From: Bdellovibrionales bacterium
GTDB lineage: Bacteria; Bdellovibrionota; UBA1018; JADZFF01
Assembly (NCBI GenBank): GCA_020850015.1
Contig: JADZFF010000042.1
Location: forward strand, 890 to 64,889
DNA: 64,000 nt
Direction: 5' to 3'
A model generated the notes under the pieces. It did no database searches and was not told the origin of the DNA. It saw only the letters and a program-made list of their open reading frames with translations. This document shows, one piece after another, positions 1 to 8,421 of this stretch. Each line of letters opens with the position of its first letter. Positions within the stretch are counted from its first letter, which is position 1. A program made the translations under genes and the position numbers.

Positions 1-157
1 GGCCTTCGAGGATGATGTTCCGCGCTCGGTACTCGTTGATGACCGCGAGGAAGTCGTCCTCATCGCCCTCGTCCGTGCTGACGAGGATCCTGAGGCGCTC
101 CTCGAGTTCGGGATGGGTGAGTTTGCTGAAAACGGGGTGGCGTTGTTTGGTTTGCAT
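1..157 (-). CDS. hypothetical protein, N-terminal fragment (gene runs off the window start)
   Basis: Manual minus-strand translation from ATG at 155-157 stays open to base 1: MQTKQRHPVFSKLTHPELEERLRILVSTDEGDEDDFLAVINEYRARNIILEG. Truncated, so absent from the ORF track. No motif recognised. Confidence 0.4.
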   Translation of the reverse strand, partial: MQTKQRHPVFSKLTHPELEERLRILVSTDEGDEDDFLAVINEYRARNIILEG

Positions 158-352
158 TTCCGGGGCTCAGCCAGAAACGTGCCGATCCAAAGAGGCGTTT
201 CGCCGCTCCGTACCCGCTGAGACGCGGACTTGGAGTGCGGGATCCGGCTCAAGGGGCGGGGGTAGGAGATGGCCCCTCGCGGCCGAAAAAGTCGGTTCAA
301 ATCCTTCCCCACATCGATCACGCCTCGGTCCGAGAGATCCCGCTTTTTGTCG

Positions 353-871
353 CTAGGGCTTTTCGTTCAAGATGCAGGCGGCCTGTTGCTGGCCCGCCAG
401 GGTCTCGAACTGGAACGAAGTGAACTCGAGCGTTGTAGGGGAGAACTCGATCATGGCCTCTTCGCGAGGGTCCGGTTGGCACACGCCGCGTGGAATGGGG
501 CAGCCGTCGAACACCAGCTTGTTCTGGATTTTCCGGAACCATTTCAGATCCAGCGCTCTAACCGCATAATTCGGAACCGGATCCGTAATCGAAGCCGGAT
601 CGCCGGCATTGAGAGTGACGAGATGAGTTTGCTCGGAGAGCTTCATCAGGGTGACGGAGCAGGGGAGGGCCTGCGACACGTGACCAAAGGTCTCGGTGTT
701 GCCCTCGTGTTTTCCGAGGTTCGCTTCTACGATCCTTTTTTTGCCGCCGGCGTACGCCGACTCAGTGGTCGCGAGCAGGGCGACCGCCAGGATCCCTGGC
801 TTGAGCACGCGGCTCCCGAATGCGAGGAATTGGATGAGGGGACGGCGAGTGCTTCTGTCGGACCTTGTCAT
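353..871 (-). CDS. secreted hypothetical protein (172 aa)
   Basis: ORF track 353..871. Basic N-region, hydrophobic core and AYA-type cleavage site (GILAVALLATTESAYA). No catalytic motif recognised. Ends with TAG. Confidence 0.55.
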   Translation of the reverse strand: MTRSDRSTRRPLIQFLAFGSRVLKPGILAVALLATTESAYAGGKKRIVEANLGKHEGNTETFGHVSQALPCSVTLMKLSEQTHLVTLNAGDPASITDPVPNYAVRALDLKWFRKIQNKLVFDGCPIPRGVCQPDPREEAMIEFSPTTLEFTSFQFETLAGQQQAACILNEKP

Positions 872-883
872 GGTGTTGCTGTA

Positions 884-911
884 GATATACCGGCTTAACG
901 CATAGCGTCAA
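884..911 (-). promoter_or_regulatory. candidate sigma-70 promoter TTGACG-N16-TATATC for the 353..871 gene (near-leaderless)
   Basis: Minus-strand reading shows TTGACG (911-906), a 16-nt spacer and TATATC (889-884), only 12 nt upstream of the ATG at 871. No Shine-Dalgarno between them. Confidence 0.3.
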
Positions 912-1192
912 GAATCTTGTTTTGAGGCCTGCTCCCTGGAAAAGGCGGTTGAAATTATCGATTCTCCTGAACCTAGCCGCCGTCTTAACGGCTCCATGCA
1001 GCTTGTAGGAGGGTCGGGCGGGCGACGAAGGAGCGTTTTGGCCGATCGCCTTGTATTCGGCTCAGGGAGTGCCAATGCTCGCAGCGGGTGTGATCAACGC
1101 GACTCAGATTACTCAACCCGAAAGACCCGAAAGAAGAGAGGGGCCGGAAATCCTCACCTGCCCAAAGATCGGCCCAAGGACCGCTAAAAGTA

Positions 1193-1230
1193 AAAGCGCG
1201 GAATAAGCCTTGGCTAACTCCGCGCTTTTA
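1193..1230 (-). terminator. rho-independent terminator downstream of tRNA-fMet (bidirectional shape)
   Basis: Stem GCGCGGA (1196-1202) pairs with TCCGCGC (1219-1225). It is flanked by an A-run and a T-run, so the minus-strand transcript ends ...TCCGCGCTTTTACTTTT. Confidence 0.6.
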
Positions 1231-1239
1231 TTGAAAAAT

Positions 1240-1316
<77 letters not shown>

Positions 1317-1340
1317 TCACACTTTTGAGGAACGAGTCGG

Positions 1341-1370
1341 ACAATAGACCCGAGCCCCAGCGGGAGTCAA
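1341..1370 (-). promoter_or_regulatory. candidate sigma-70 promoter TTGACT-N18-TATTGT for tRNA-fMet
   Basis: Minus strand shows TTGACT (1370-1365), an 18-nt spacer and TATTGT (1346-1341). The -10 box ends 24 nt upstream of the mature tRNA 5' end. Confidence 0.45.
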
Positions 1371-1382
1371 ACGGGTTCTCTA

Positions 1383-1404
1383 CCGAAGGAGGGGATTCCT
1401 TCGG
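1383..1404 (-). terminator. terminator-like hairpin after the 1422..1928 ORF (no U-tract)
   Basis: CCGAAGGA-GGGGAT-TCCTTCGG: 8-bp stem with a 6-nt loop, 17 nt past the stop at 1422. Confidence 0.3.
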
Positions 1405-1421
1405 CAAAGTGGTTTAGTCGG

Positions 1422-1928
1422 TCACCAGGCGGAGTCCGCCGAGTTGAGATCCTCGTAGTAGGATCCGTCGCCCTCGGTGAAGTCGAGCTGATGGGATTCT
1501 CGGATGCACCTGCGTCCGCCCTCGCGCACGAGCAGGCGACCGTCGTTCAGGGTCTCAGCCGCGCCCGCGAGCACGGGATAGGAAAAGGGGGCCGTGAGCT
1601 GAAGCGCCAGTGCGACGCTCTGCCAGCCCAATGAGGACTGGGAGGTGACGGGCTGGCGGAACAGCTTGTCGTGGAGGCGGAACCCGAGGTCGACGTTGGC
1701 CTAGAGGCGGCCCTCCGTGAGGTGGATGGAGCGGGCGAAGTCCTGGATGTCCAGCCCGGGCATGAGCTCGATTAGATTGCAGGCAGCGAAAACCACGGTG
1801 GCGTCGGCGGTTTGGACCGGGGTTGCGGGCGCGAAACCGGCCAAGAGGGCGCGGCCTCCGATGGACGGACAAAGTCTGGCCGGAGCGCGCCAGCTCTCGT
1901 CAGCGTTCTGAACGAGAACTCGCAACAT
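1422..1928 (-). pseudogene. hypothetical gene interrupted by one in-frame TAG (1701-1703)
   Basis: ORFs 1701..1928 and 1422..1631 are in the same frame (297 nt apart). Read-through gives ...HLTEGRL*ANVDLGFRLHDKLFRQPVTSQSSLGWQSVAL..., about 168 codons. Function not recognised. Confidence 0.5.
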
Positions 1929-1942
1929 GTTAAAATCATGGA

Positions 1943-3163
1943 ATGGGGGCAGTGCGCCTGAAGCGGCTTCTGGGGGTCGTGGCTTGGGTGGCTACGGGGG
2001 CGGTCTTCGCGACCTCGACCGACCGAACCATCGAAGACCTCAACTTTCATCGCAACACGATCCTCAGAGTGGACCGGGCGCTCCAGGAGTTGGGGCCCTC
2101 GCAGGCCCCGGGGTCCGGAGTTCTCGTGAACATCGATGGGAGCACGGATGGCCTGGTCTGTTCACCCACGGGCGGCACCGAGCTCGACCCCAGACTTGAG
2201 TTCACGCGCCCGCTCGGGGCTACCGAGACGCTCTCCTACTGCAGCGCAAGCGCAGCCGGGGCGGAGGCCTTCTGCAGTGCCGCCTTGGGGGCTTGCGTTC
2301 GTTACAGGGCCCTCGGTGCCCAAGGGTGCGTTTTGGTGCCGATCGACGCCAACACCCCGAACCCCATCGCGCAGGCGCGGACGAGATCACGTACCTACCT
2401 GCTTCCGCGAATGGAGACGCACGCAAACCAGTTTCTGCGGTCGCTCGCCGGAACCGGGAGCGGCACCGCCCCCGACTTCGCTCGCCAGTGTTGCGGGACG
2501 GGAGGCGGCTCGGCCGAGTGCCTGAGCTCGCTTGGCGCGACCTCGATGAGCTTCATCCGCGAAGACGAGTCCAACGTAAACTGGGCAGGCAGGTATGCGC
2601 TTAACGACGCGCGATACGTGCAGGGCCAGGGAGTGCGGAACAGGATCGTGATCTCGGAGGCGACGCTGGCCCACTTCATCACCGAGCAGTCGGTGGAGGA
2701 ACTCGTGATCCACGAGCTCTCTCACGCCTGCCAATTCAGCCGGACGCACCTGGATTTTACGGCCGGCATGACGGAGCCCCAGCGCAACGACGAATTCGAC
2801 CGGTTCAAGTTCAACGACGATCGTACGGCGGAGCGAACCCGCGCCGATCTCGTGGCGCTGACGGGATCGGCGACCGTGGCGGACTGTATCGACCAGGCGG
2901 TGCGCTCGCAGGTGGCGGCCGCGCGCGCGGCCGGCGGCGACGCTCGTTTCGCGCAGCAGGCGAAGGAGGCCTTCGCCGACGCCGTCTCAGCGATTCATCG
3001 GGCCACTCAGAACGGGGACATCAGCCAGTTTTCCCTGGACTGTGCGAGGAGCGCGGACGCCCGCCATCCCTCGGGCGTCGATACCCACCTGAAGTGCCTG
3101 CTTGCGCACCCGGGTCCCCCCGCTCAGTCGTTGCTCAGGCAAAGGCTCTGCGGACCGCGCTAG
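1943..3163 (+). CDS. secreted Cys-rich HExxH protein (putative zinc metallopeptidase), 406 aa
   Basis: Signal-like N-terminus (LLGVVAWVATGAVFA), HELSH motif in VEELVIHELSHACQF, and many Cys residues. No family assignment possible by eye. Confidence 0.55.
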   Translation: MGAVRLKRLLGVVAWVATGAVFATSTDRTIEDLNFHRNTILRVDRALQELGPSQAPGSGVLVNIDGSTDGLVCSPTGGTELDPRLEFTRPLGATETLSYCSASAAGAEAFCSAALGACVRYRALGAQGCVLVPIDANTPNPIAQARTRSRTYLLPRMETHANQFLRSLAGTGSGTAPDFARQCCGTGGGSAECLSSLGATSMSFIREDESNVNWAGRYALNDARYVQGQGVRNRIVISEATLAHFITEQSVEELVIHELSHACQFSRTHLDFTAGMTEPQRNDEFDRFKFNDDRTAERTRADLVALTGSATVADCIDQAVRSQVAAARAAGGDARFAQQAKEAFADAVSAIHRATQNGDISQFSLDCARSADARHPSGVDTHLKCLLAHPGPPAQSLLRQRLCGPR

Positions 3164-4107
3164 CGCCTAGTCCCGCGCGGACCACGGCGGGATGCCTTCG
3201 CAGGACGCGCCGGACGCTGGGGCCGCTTCGCCTCACCCGAGCGCGCGGGCTTGCCCCCCGCGGCTTCTCGAAGAGCGCGGCCGGTAGCCGCGGCTTCCAC
3301 GTCGCGCCGGGCCTCGGCCTTCTGGCGTCCGCCCGACTTGTTCTGCACCTGGCGCTCCGGCTTCGGCGCCACGCGCCCGAGCTCGGGCTGCCGCACGAGC
3401 GCCTCGAGCTGGCTTTTCTTCAGGAACACAAACCCGCCAAGCGGCACTCGCTCCACGCTCAGGTGGCCGAAGCGCGTGCGCACCACGCGCTCCACGAGGA
3501 ACCGTTTGGCCTGGAAGAGCTCCTTCACGTCGAGCGCGCCCATGCCCACGAACTGCACCTGGATCACGGACTTGCTCTTGCGCGACTCCACCACCTCCAC
3601 CGCCTCAGGCCGCACGAGCTTGTTCTCGAGCTTCGCGCCTTTCCGGAGGTCGTCGAGCGCCTCGGGAGCCGGGTGGCCCTTCACTCGCACCTGGTAGGTG
3701 CGGATGATGTCGGGGCTCTTGAGAATGGACTCAGCCATCGTGCCGTCGTTGGTGAGGAGGATGAGCCCCTCGCCGTTGTAGTCCAGGCGGCCGATCGGGA
3801 ACACGCGGGCCTTCACGGCGCCGAGGTAGTGCGCGATCGTGGGGCGGCCTTCGGGGTCGGGCGCCATCATGGAGATCACCCCGCGCGGCTTATGGAAGGC
3901 CAGGTACACCTGGCCGACGTTCTTGGCCTGAAGGGTGAGGAGCTTACCATTGACCTTGATGGCGTCTTTGAAGGTGTCGGCCTGATCGCCGATCTTGGCG
4001 ATACGGCCGTTGATGGTGACTTCGCCGAGGCGGATCATGTCTTCGGCGCGACGGCGGGAGGCGATCCCGGCGCGGGCCAGGACCTTTTGAAGGCGTTCGA
4101 TAGGCAT
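3160..4107 (-). CDS. rluB: 23S rRNA pseudouridine synthase, RluB type (S4 domain + RsuA/RluB core + basic C-tail)
   Basis: MPIERLQKVLARAGIASRR (S4) and catalytic FPIGRLDYNGEGLILLTNDG. Start set at the ATG (residue 8 of ORF 3160..4128), which matches the canonical RluB N-terminus. Confidence 0.85.
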   Translation of the reverse strand: MPIERLQKVLARAGIASRRRAEDMIRLGEVTINGRIAKIGDQADTFKDAIKVNGKLLTLQAKNVGQVYLAFHKPRGVISMMAPDPEGRPTIAHYLGAVKARVFPIGRLDYNGEGLILLTNDGTMAESILKSPDIIRTYQVRVKGHPAPEALDDLRKGAKLENKLVRPEAVEVVESRKSKSVIQVQFVGMGALDVKELFQAKRFLVERVVRTRFGHLSVERVPLGGFVFLKKSQLEALVRQPELGRVAPKPERQVQNKSGGRQKAEARRDVEAAATGRALREAAGGKPARSGEAKRPQRPARPAKASRRGPRGTRR

Positions 4108-4152
4108 GACGCTCAATACCCCGGGCAACCGGAAAAGGCCATTGCAGGGGCT

Positions 4153-5649
4153 CTACAGCGAGGCTTCAGGGTCGTCGGAGGCCGCCGAGGAGGCCGCCGA
4201 GGAGGCCGTCTCCGTTGCCTCCGCGGCCGGATCCACCACGGCCGCGATCTCGTGTTGGCCCTGGGAGGTCACGGGGACACTTTCGCCGGTTTCGGCGGCA
4301 GCTCGCTCGGCCTCGGCCAGCTCCTGCAGGTAGGGCGTGGACACGGGGATCCCCTTCACCCGTTCGCGGATGTCCATGAGGAAACGCTCGTCCTCTTCGG
4401 AGTTGTACTGGAGCTGCGTGCGGTCCGTGGTCATCTCGCCCACGAGGCGGCGCATCTCCTTGATCTTGGGATCCACGTCGTCCGGGTTTTTCGTCTCGGA
4501 GCTCGGGATCATCTGCTCGAGCTCGCGGAGCGGCGGCATGGCGGAGAGATCCTTGAGGCCGAAGACCTCCAGGAACCGGTCCGTGGTGTTGTAAAGCATC
4601 GGGCGGCCCGGCAGCTCCGAGCGGCCCGAGATTTCGATCAGCTTCTTCTCAAGGAGCCTTCGCACGAAGTGCGACGAATCCACGCCTCGAACCTTGTCGA
4701 CGTCTTCCTTCATCACGGGCTGGCGGTAAGCCACGATGGCGAGCGTCTCCATGGCTCCGCGCGAGAGGCGCTCCTCGGCGGTCTTCACGAGTTTCTTGGC
4801 GAGCGCAGCCCGGCCCGGCTTGGTGCGGAGCTGAATTCCTCCGGCCACCTCGGCGAGCTCGATGCCGTGCGCGGGGCTTTGGTACTTGTGGTACAGGGCC
4901 GCGATCGCGTCGTCGAAGAGCTCCTCGCGGATCTCTGGCCCAAGGTGCTCGCGCAGCTTGCGGCGCGAGATGGGGCGCTCCGAGAGGAACACGAGCGCCT
5001 CGATGCAGCTCTCGAGCTCCTGGAGGTCCAGGTTGCCTTCGTCGTCCACCTTTGGGAGCGCGGCGAGCAGGTTCTCGTCCACAGGCTCGGGCTCGGGCAC
5101 GGCCACGGCCTGCTGGTGCGCCTCGATGGCGTTGTCTTCGGCGATCTGCTGAATGAGCTCGACCTGGGCGGCGGCCTCTTCCGCCCCGGCCTCCTCGATG
5201 AGGTCGGCTTCGGCGCGGCGGTGCTCCACCGCCATCGCCACTGCCAGTTCCTCGAGCTGCTCGGCCGTCTCGGCGGCGTCGGGGATCTCGAGCTCGGCGG
5301 GCTCCTCTTCGATATCGGCCGACTTCGCGGCCTCGGCGAAGATGTACTCTTCGTCCTCGTCGTCCGCCGTGGCGGCGGTATGGGCCGTCTCAGCCTGAGC
5401 CACGCGCTCCTCAAGCTGAGTCGTGGTCTGGGCCATTACGTCGATCAGAGTCGGGGCTTCGGCGCTGACGGCGGCGAGGGTCTCCAGGGCCTCTTCAACG
5501 GCGGCTTCCGCTTCCACGAGGATGCGGTCAGTCTCTTCAGTCGAAAGCACGACGGGCTCGGCGCTCAGCTCCACCGAAGGAGTCTCCTCAGGCGCGGCGG
5601 GCGGCGTCTGCTGGATCTCGTCGGCTTTCTGGGTTTCGTCGGTGCTCAT
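4153..5649 (-). CDS. scpB: segregation and condensation protein B with ~270-aa acidic N-terminal extension
   Basis: Core IEALVFLSERPISRRKL...GGIQLRTKP...ETLAIVAYRQPVMKEDVDKVRGVDS...GRPMLYNTTDRFLEVFGL. Start taken at M80 of ORF 4153..5886 (MSTDETQ), 17 nt after the scpA stop. Confidence 0.8.
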   Translation of the reverse strand: MSTDETQKADEIQQTPPAAPEETPSVELSAEPVVLSTEETDRILVEAEAAVEEALETLAAVSAEAPTLIDVMAQTTTQLEERVAQAETAHTAATADDEDEEYIFAEAAKSADIEEEPAELEIPDAAETAEQLEELAVAMAVEHRRAEADLIEEAGAEEAAAQVELIQQIAEDNAIEAHQQAVAVPEPEPVDENLLAALPKVDDEGNLDLQELESCIEALVFLSERPISRRKLREHLGPEIREELFDDAIAALYHKYQSPAHGIELAEVAGGIQLRTKPGRAALAKKLVKTAEERLSRGAMETLAIVAYRQPVMKEDVDKVRGVDSSHFVRRLLEKKLIEISGRSELPGRPMLYNTTDRFLEVFGLKDLSAMPPLRELEQMIPSSETKNPDDVDPKIKEMRRLVGEMTTDRTQLQYNSEEDERFLMDIRERVKGIPVSTPYLQELAEAERAAAETGESVPVTSQGQHEIAAVVDPAAEATETASSAASSAASDDPEASL

Positions 5650-5665
5650 TTGATGAATCTCGGTC

Positions 5666-6577
5666 TCAGTCGTTGAGGCTGGGCTCGGGGGCTCCGATTC
5701 CGGGTGTTCCACCAGCGTCAGCCTCGGCGCCGCCCAGGGCTCCGACATCGACTCCAACGTCGTCGGAGGCGCGGCCGTTCTCGGCTCCGTCAACGTCGCG
5801 GTTGAAATTTTCGACATCGAAGTCCGAAGCCAGTTCAAGGCGGATCGCCCGAATGTTCTCAAGAAGCTCAAGGTAGATCGGATCATAAGTTTGGTTTTGG
5901 TGGAGGCGCATCTTCTTGAGCTTGGAGAGCTCGAGGCCCGCCAGGAAGCTCACCACGACACGTGGGATGCTTGGGTTATCGCCAAGGAGCGAGCGCAGGT
6001 CGGTGAGCTGCCCCACCTCGAGCACTTCGCCCAGGCCGCGGATGGTTTCCGCAACTGACACCGTCTCCTTCTTCAGAATTTTCGTTTTGCGGCGCTGCCG
6101 CACGAGCGTTTCCTGGTAGCTCAGCGCCAGGTCGCTCACGCTCATCTCGCGCCAGATCTTCGCGACCTTGGGGCGTTTGTAGGGGCGGAGGAAAACCTCG
6201 AGGTCGACCTGGTTGAGCTGGTTGAGGTCGTCACCCGCCGAGAGGAAGCGCTGATGCTCGAGCATCTGGCGCAGCAGCTCTTCCGGCGTTGGGCCGAGAT
6301 CTTCCTCGGCCTGGGCATTGGGGTCTTACTCGCGCGGGAGCACCGCTTTGCTCTTCCAATAGAGGAGAGTCGCCGCCATGAGCAGGAACTCCGAGGCCAT
6401 CTCGAAGTTCATTTCCTGCATCAGCTTGATGTAGGCCAGGTACTGGTCCGTGATCCGCGCGATCGACACCCGCGAGATATCGAGCTCGTTCTCCTGAACG
6501 AGATAGAGGAGCAGGTCGAGGGGGCCCTCGAAGCTCTCCAGGCGGATGGTGATGGGTACGCGGTGCAGCGTGGTCAC
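5666..6577 (-). pseudogene. scpA: segregation and condensation protein A (kleisin) with in-frame TAA at 6326-6328
   Basis: N-terminal ORF 6326..6577 (FEGPLDLLLYLVQENELDISRVSIARITDQYL...WKSKAVLPRE*) and C-terminal ORF 5666..6265 (...VVVSFLAGLELSKLKKMRLHQ) share one frame. Read-through gives PRE*DPNAQAEEDLGPTPEELLRQMLEHQRF. Confidence 0.8.
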
Positions 6578-6652
6578 GGGAGCAGCATACCGAACTGATC
6601 AGGGAAGGCAACCTTCGGGAGCCCCCAGGGAACGGGGCTAAACCGTGAAAGT

Positions 6653-7693
6653 TTACGCCCTGGGGAGGGCAAACCCGAGGGCGTCGTATACGCGCCGGAG
6701 GGTGGGCGCGGCCCGCTCCGAAGCCCGCCTGGCTCCTTCGGCGAGGATACGGTCGAGCTCGCCCCGGTCCTTCAGGAGGCGCTCGGCCTCGTCGCGCACG
6801 GGCCGGATGGCCTGAACGACGATTTCGGCCGTGTCGACCTTGAGGTGGCCGTATTGTTTGCCTGCGTAAGCAGCCACGAGATCCTGCGGCTTCTTCCCCG
6901 TGAGGGCGGCCTGGATCGTGAGGAGGTTTTGGATGCCGGGCTTGTCGTCGCTGAAGGCGATCTCAGTGCCCGAGTCGGTGACGGCGCGCTTGAGCTTGCG
7001 TTCGATGTCCTTGTCGGAGTCGAAGAGGTACACGGCGCCGTTCTCCGAGGAGTCCGACTTGCCCATCTTGTTCGTGGGTTCCTGGAGATCCATGATGCGC
7101 GCGCCCACAGGCGGGATGTAGGGCTCAGGGATCGTGAAGAGCGGCTTCTTCGGGGTCGCTCCGGCCTCGGGCCCTTCCTGCGGGGTGAATCGGTTGTTCA
7201 TGCGGATCGCGAGATCGCGCGTAAGCTCGATGTGCTGCTTCTGGTCCGCGCCCACCGGCACCCAATTGGCCTGGTAGAGCAGGATGTCGGCCGCCATGAG
7301 CACGGGGTAGGTAAAGAGCCCGGCCGGGATGTGGCTTCCCGCTCGCTCGCTCTTGTCCTTGAACTGGGTCATGCGGTTCAGCTCGCCCATCGTGGCCATG
7401 CAGTTCATGATCCAGCTGAGCTGCGCGTGCTCGGGCACCTGCGACTGGACGAAGAGCAGGCAGCGTTTCGGGTCGAGCCCCGCGGCCACGTACACCGCCA
7501 GGGAGCGGTAGGTGGCCTCGCGTAGCTTCTCGGGATCCTGGGGTACGGTGAGGGAGTGGAGGTCGACGACCATGAAGATCGGGTCGTAGGTTTCGAAGAG
7601 GTTGAGCCAGCTCTTGATGGCCCCAATGGAGTTACCGAGCGTGAGGAAGTTCGTGGGCTTGATGCCCGAGAGCATTACGGCTTTCCGATTCAT
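6653..7693 (-). CDS. trpS: tryptophan--tRNA ligase
   Basis: MNRKAVMLSGIKPTNFLTLGNSIGAI..., KMGKS (KMSKS-type) motif, 346 aa. It is the 3' portion of the artefactual 590-aa ORF 6653..8425. ATGA overlap with the upstream gene. Confidence 0.95.
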   Translation of the reverse strand: MNRKAVMLSGIKPTNFLTLGNSIGAIKSWLNLFETYDPIFMVVDLHSLTVPQDPEKLREATYRSLAVYVAAGLDPKRCLLFVQSQVPEHAQLSWIMNCMATMGELNRMTQFKDKSERAGSHIPAGLFTYPVLMAADILLYQANWVPVGADQKQHIELTRDLAIRMNNRFTPQEGPEAGATPKKPLFTIPEPYIPPVGARIMDLQEPTNKMGKSDSSENGAVYLFDSDKDIERKLKRAVTDSGTEIAFSDDKPGIQNLLTIQAALTGKKPQDLVAAYAGKQYGHLKVDTAEIVVQAIRPVRDEAERLLKDRGELDRILAEGARRASERAAPTLRRVYDALGFALPRA

Positions 7694-8397
7694 AGCCCGA
7701 GGCTCCCGCCCAGCCCGAAGAGGTTCGCCGCACCGAGGAGCATCCAATCCCCCACGACCTGCGCGGGGTAAAGAAGCACGCGGATGGCGCCCGTGAAAAT
7801 GAGGCCCATGATGATCACGAAGCTGAATCGGGCCATGCTCTCGTACTTGATCGTGGCCTGCGGAGAGAGCCTGCTCTGGATGATCTTGCTGCCGTCGAGC
7901 GGCGGGATGGGAAGCAGGTTGAATGCGGCGAGCACGAGGTTGATGCCCACCGAGTAGTGCGCCATGCCCACCAGGGGCTCCTTGAGCGAGAAATCCGCGG
8001 GCACGAAACGCAGGATCGCCGCGAAAATCAGGGCCGAAAACAGCGCGAGCAGAATGTTCATGGCGGGCCCGGCGAAGCTCACCCAGAACAGGCCGGGGCG
8101 GTACTTCTTGAAGCGCCGGGGATCGATCGGCACGGGCTTGGCCCAGCCGAACACGAAGCCGGTGCCCATGAGCATCATGCCCACGGGAAGGATCACGGTG
8201 CCCAGGGGGTCGACGTGCGGGAGCGGGTTCAATGTCAGGCGGCCCTGCTCCTCGGCCGTTTTGTCGCCCCAGCGTTTGGCAACGAAGCCGTGGGCGTATT
8301 CGTGGAAAATCATGGCGATCATCAGCGGCATGAAGCTGATGGTCAGCATCTGCATGCTCTGTTGGAAGTCCTGCATACGGGGGAGGTTGTACCACAA
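7690..8397 (-). CDS. M50 family (site-2 protease-like) membrane zinc metalloprotease
   Basis: HEYAH zinc motif plus NLLPIPPLDG motif; polytopic and hydrophobic. TTG start at 8397; an ATG alternative lies at 8376. Confidence 0.8.
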   Translation of the reverse strand: MWYNLPRMQDFQQSMQMLTISFMPLMIAMIFHEYAHGFVAKRWGDKTAEEQGRLTLNPLPHVDPLGTVILPVGMMLMGTGFVFGWAKPVPIDPRRFKKYRPGLFWVSFAGPAMNILLALFSALIFAAILRFVPADFSLKEPLVGMAHYSVGINLVLAAFNLLPIPPLDGSKIIQSRLSPQATIKYESMARFSFVIIMGLIFTGAIRVLLYPAQVVGDWMLLGAANLFGLGGSLGL

Positions 8398-8421
8398 GTC
8401 GGGGGAGCGGCGGCCCGGGGC

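Noticed and set aside
295-305. GGTTCAAATCC word suggesting a tRNA (or tRNA-Sec via TCA)
   Set aside because: The flanking bases cannot form a T-stem (GTCGG versus CCTTC). No acceptor, D or anticodon arms with correct spacing could be drawn, and the TCA cannot be placed in a 7-nt anticodon loop with a paired stem.
996-1187. 63-aa plus-strand ORF in the 320-nt gap between the 353..871 gene and tRNA-fMet
   Set aside because: The peptide is Arg/Gly/Lys-rich with no Shine-Dalgarno or motif. The region is more likely promoter/leader DNA, and no known ncRNA signature (SRP, 6S, tmRNA, RNase P) was recognised either.
3094-5676. 860-aa plus-strand ORF antisense to rluB and scpB
   Set aside because: The composition is Arg/Leu/Gly/His/Ala-rich and low-complexity, with no motifs. 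It fully overlaps two well-supported genes on the other strand. This is a typical stop-poor antisense frame in high-GC DNA.
1701-6328. Stop-codon reassignment (TAG/TAA as sense) to explain the two in-frame stops
   Set aside because: Neighbouring well-supported genes terminate on TAG (353-355), TAA (6653-6655, 29349-29351, 43984-43986) and TGA at positions matching homologue lengths. No suppressor tRNA is present in the window.
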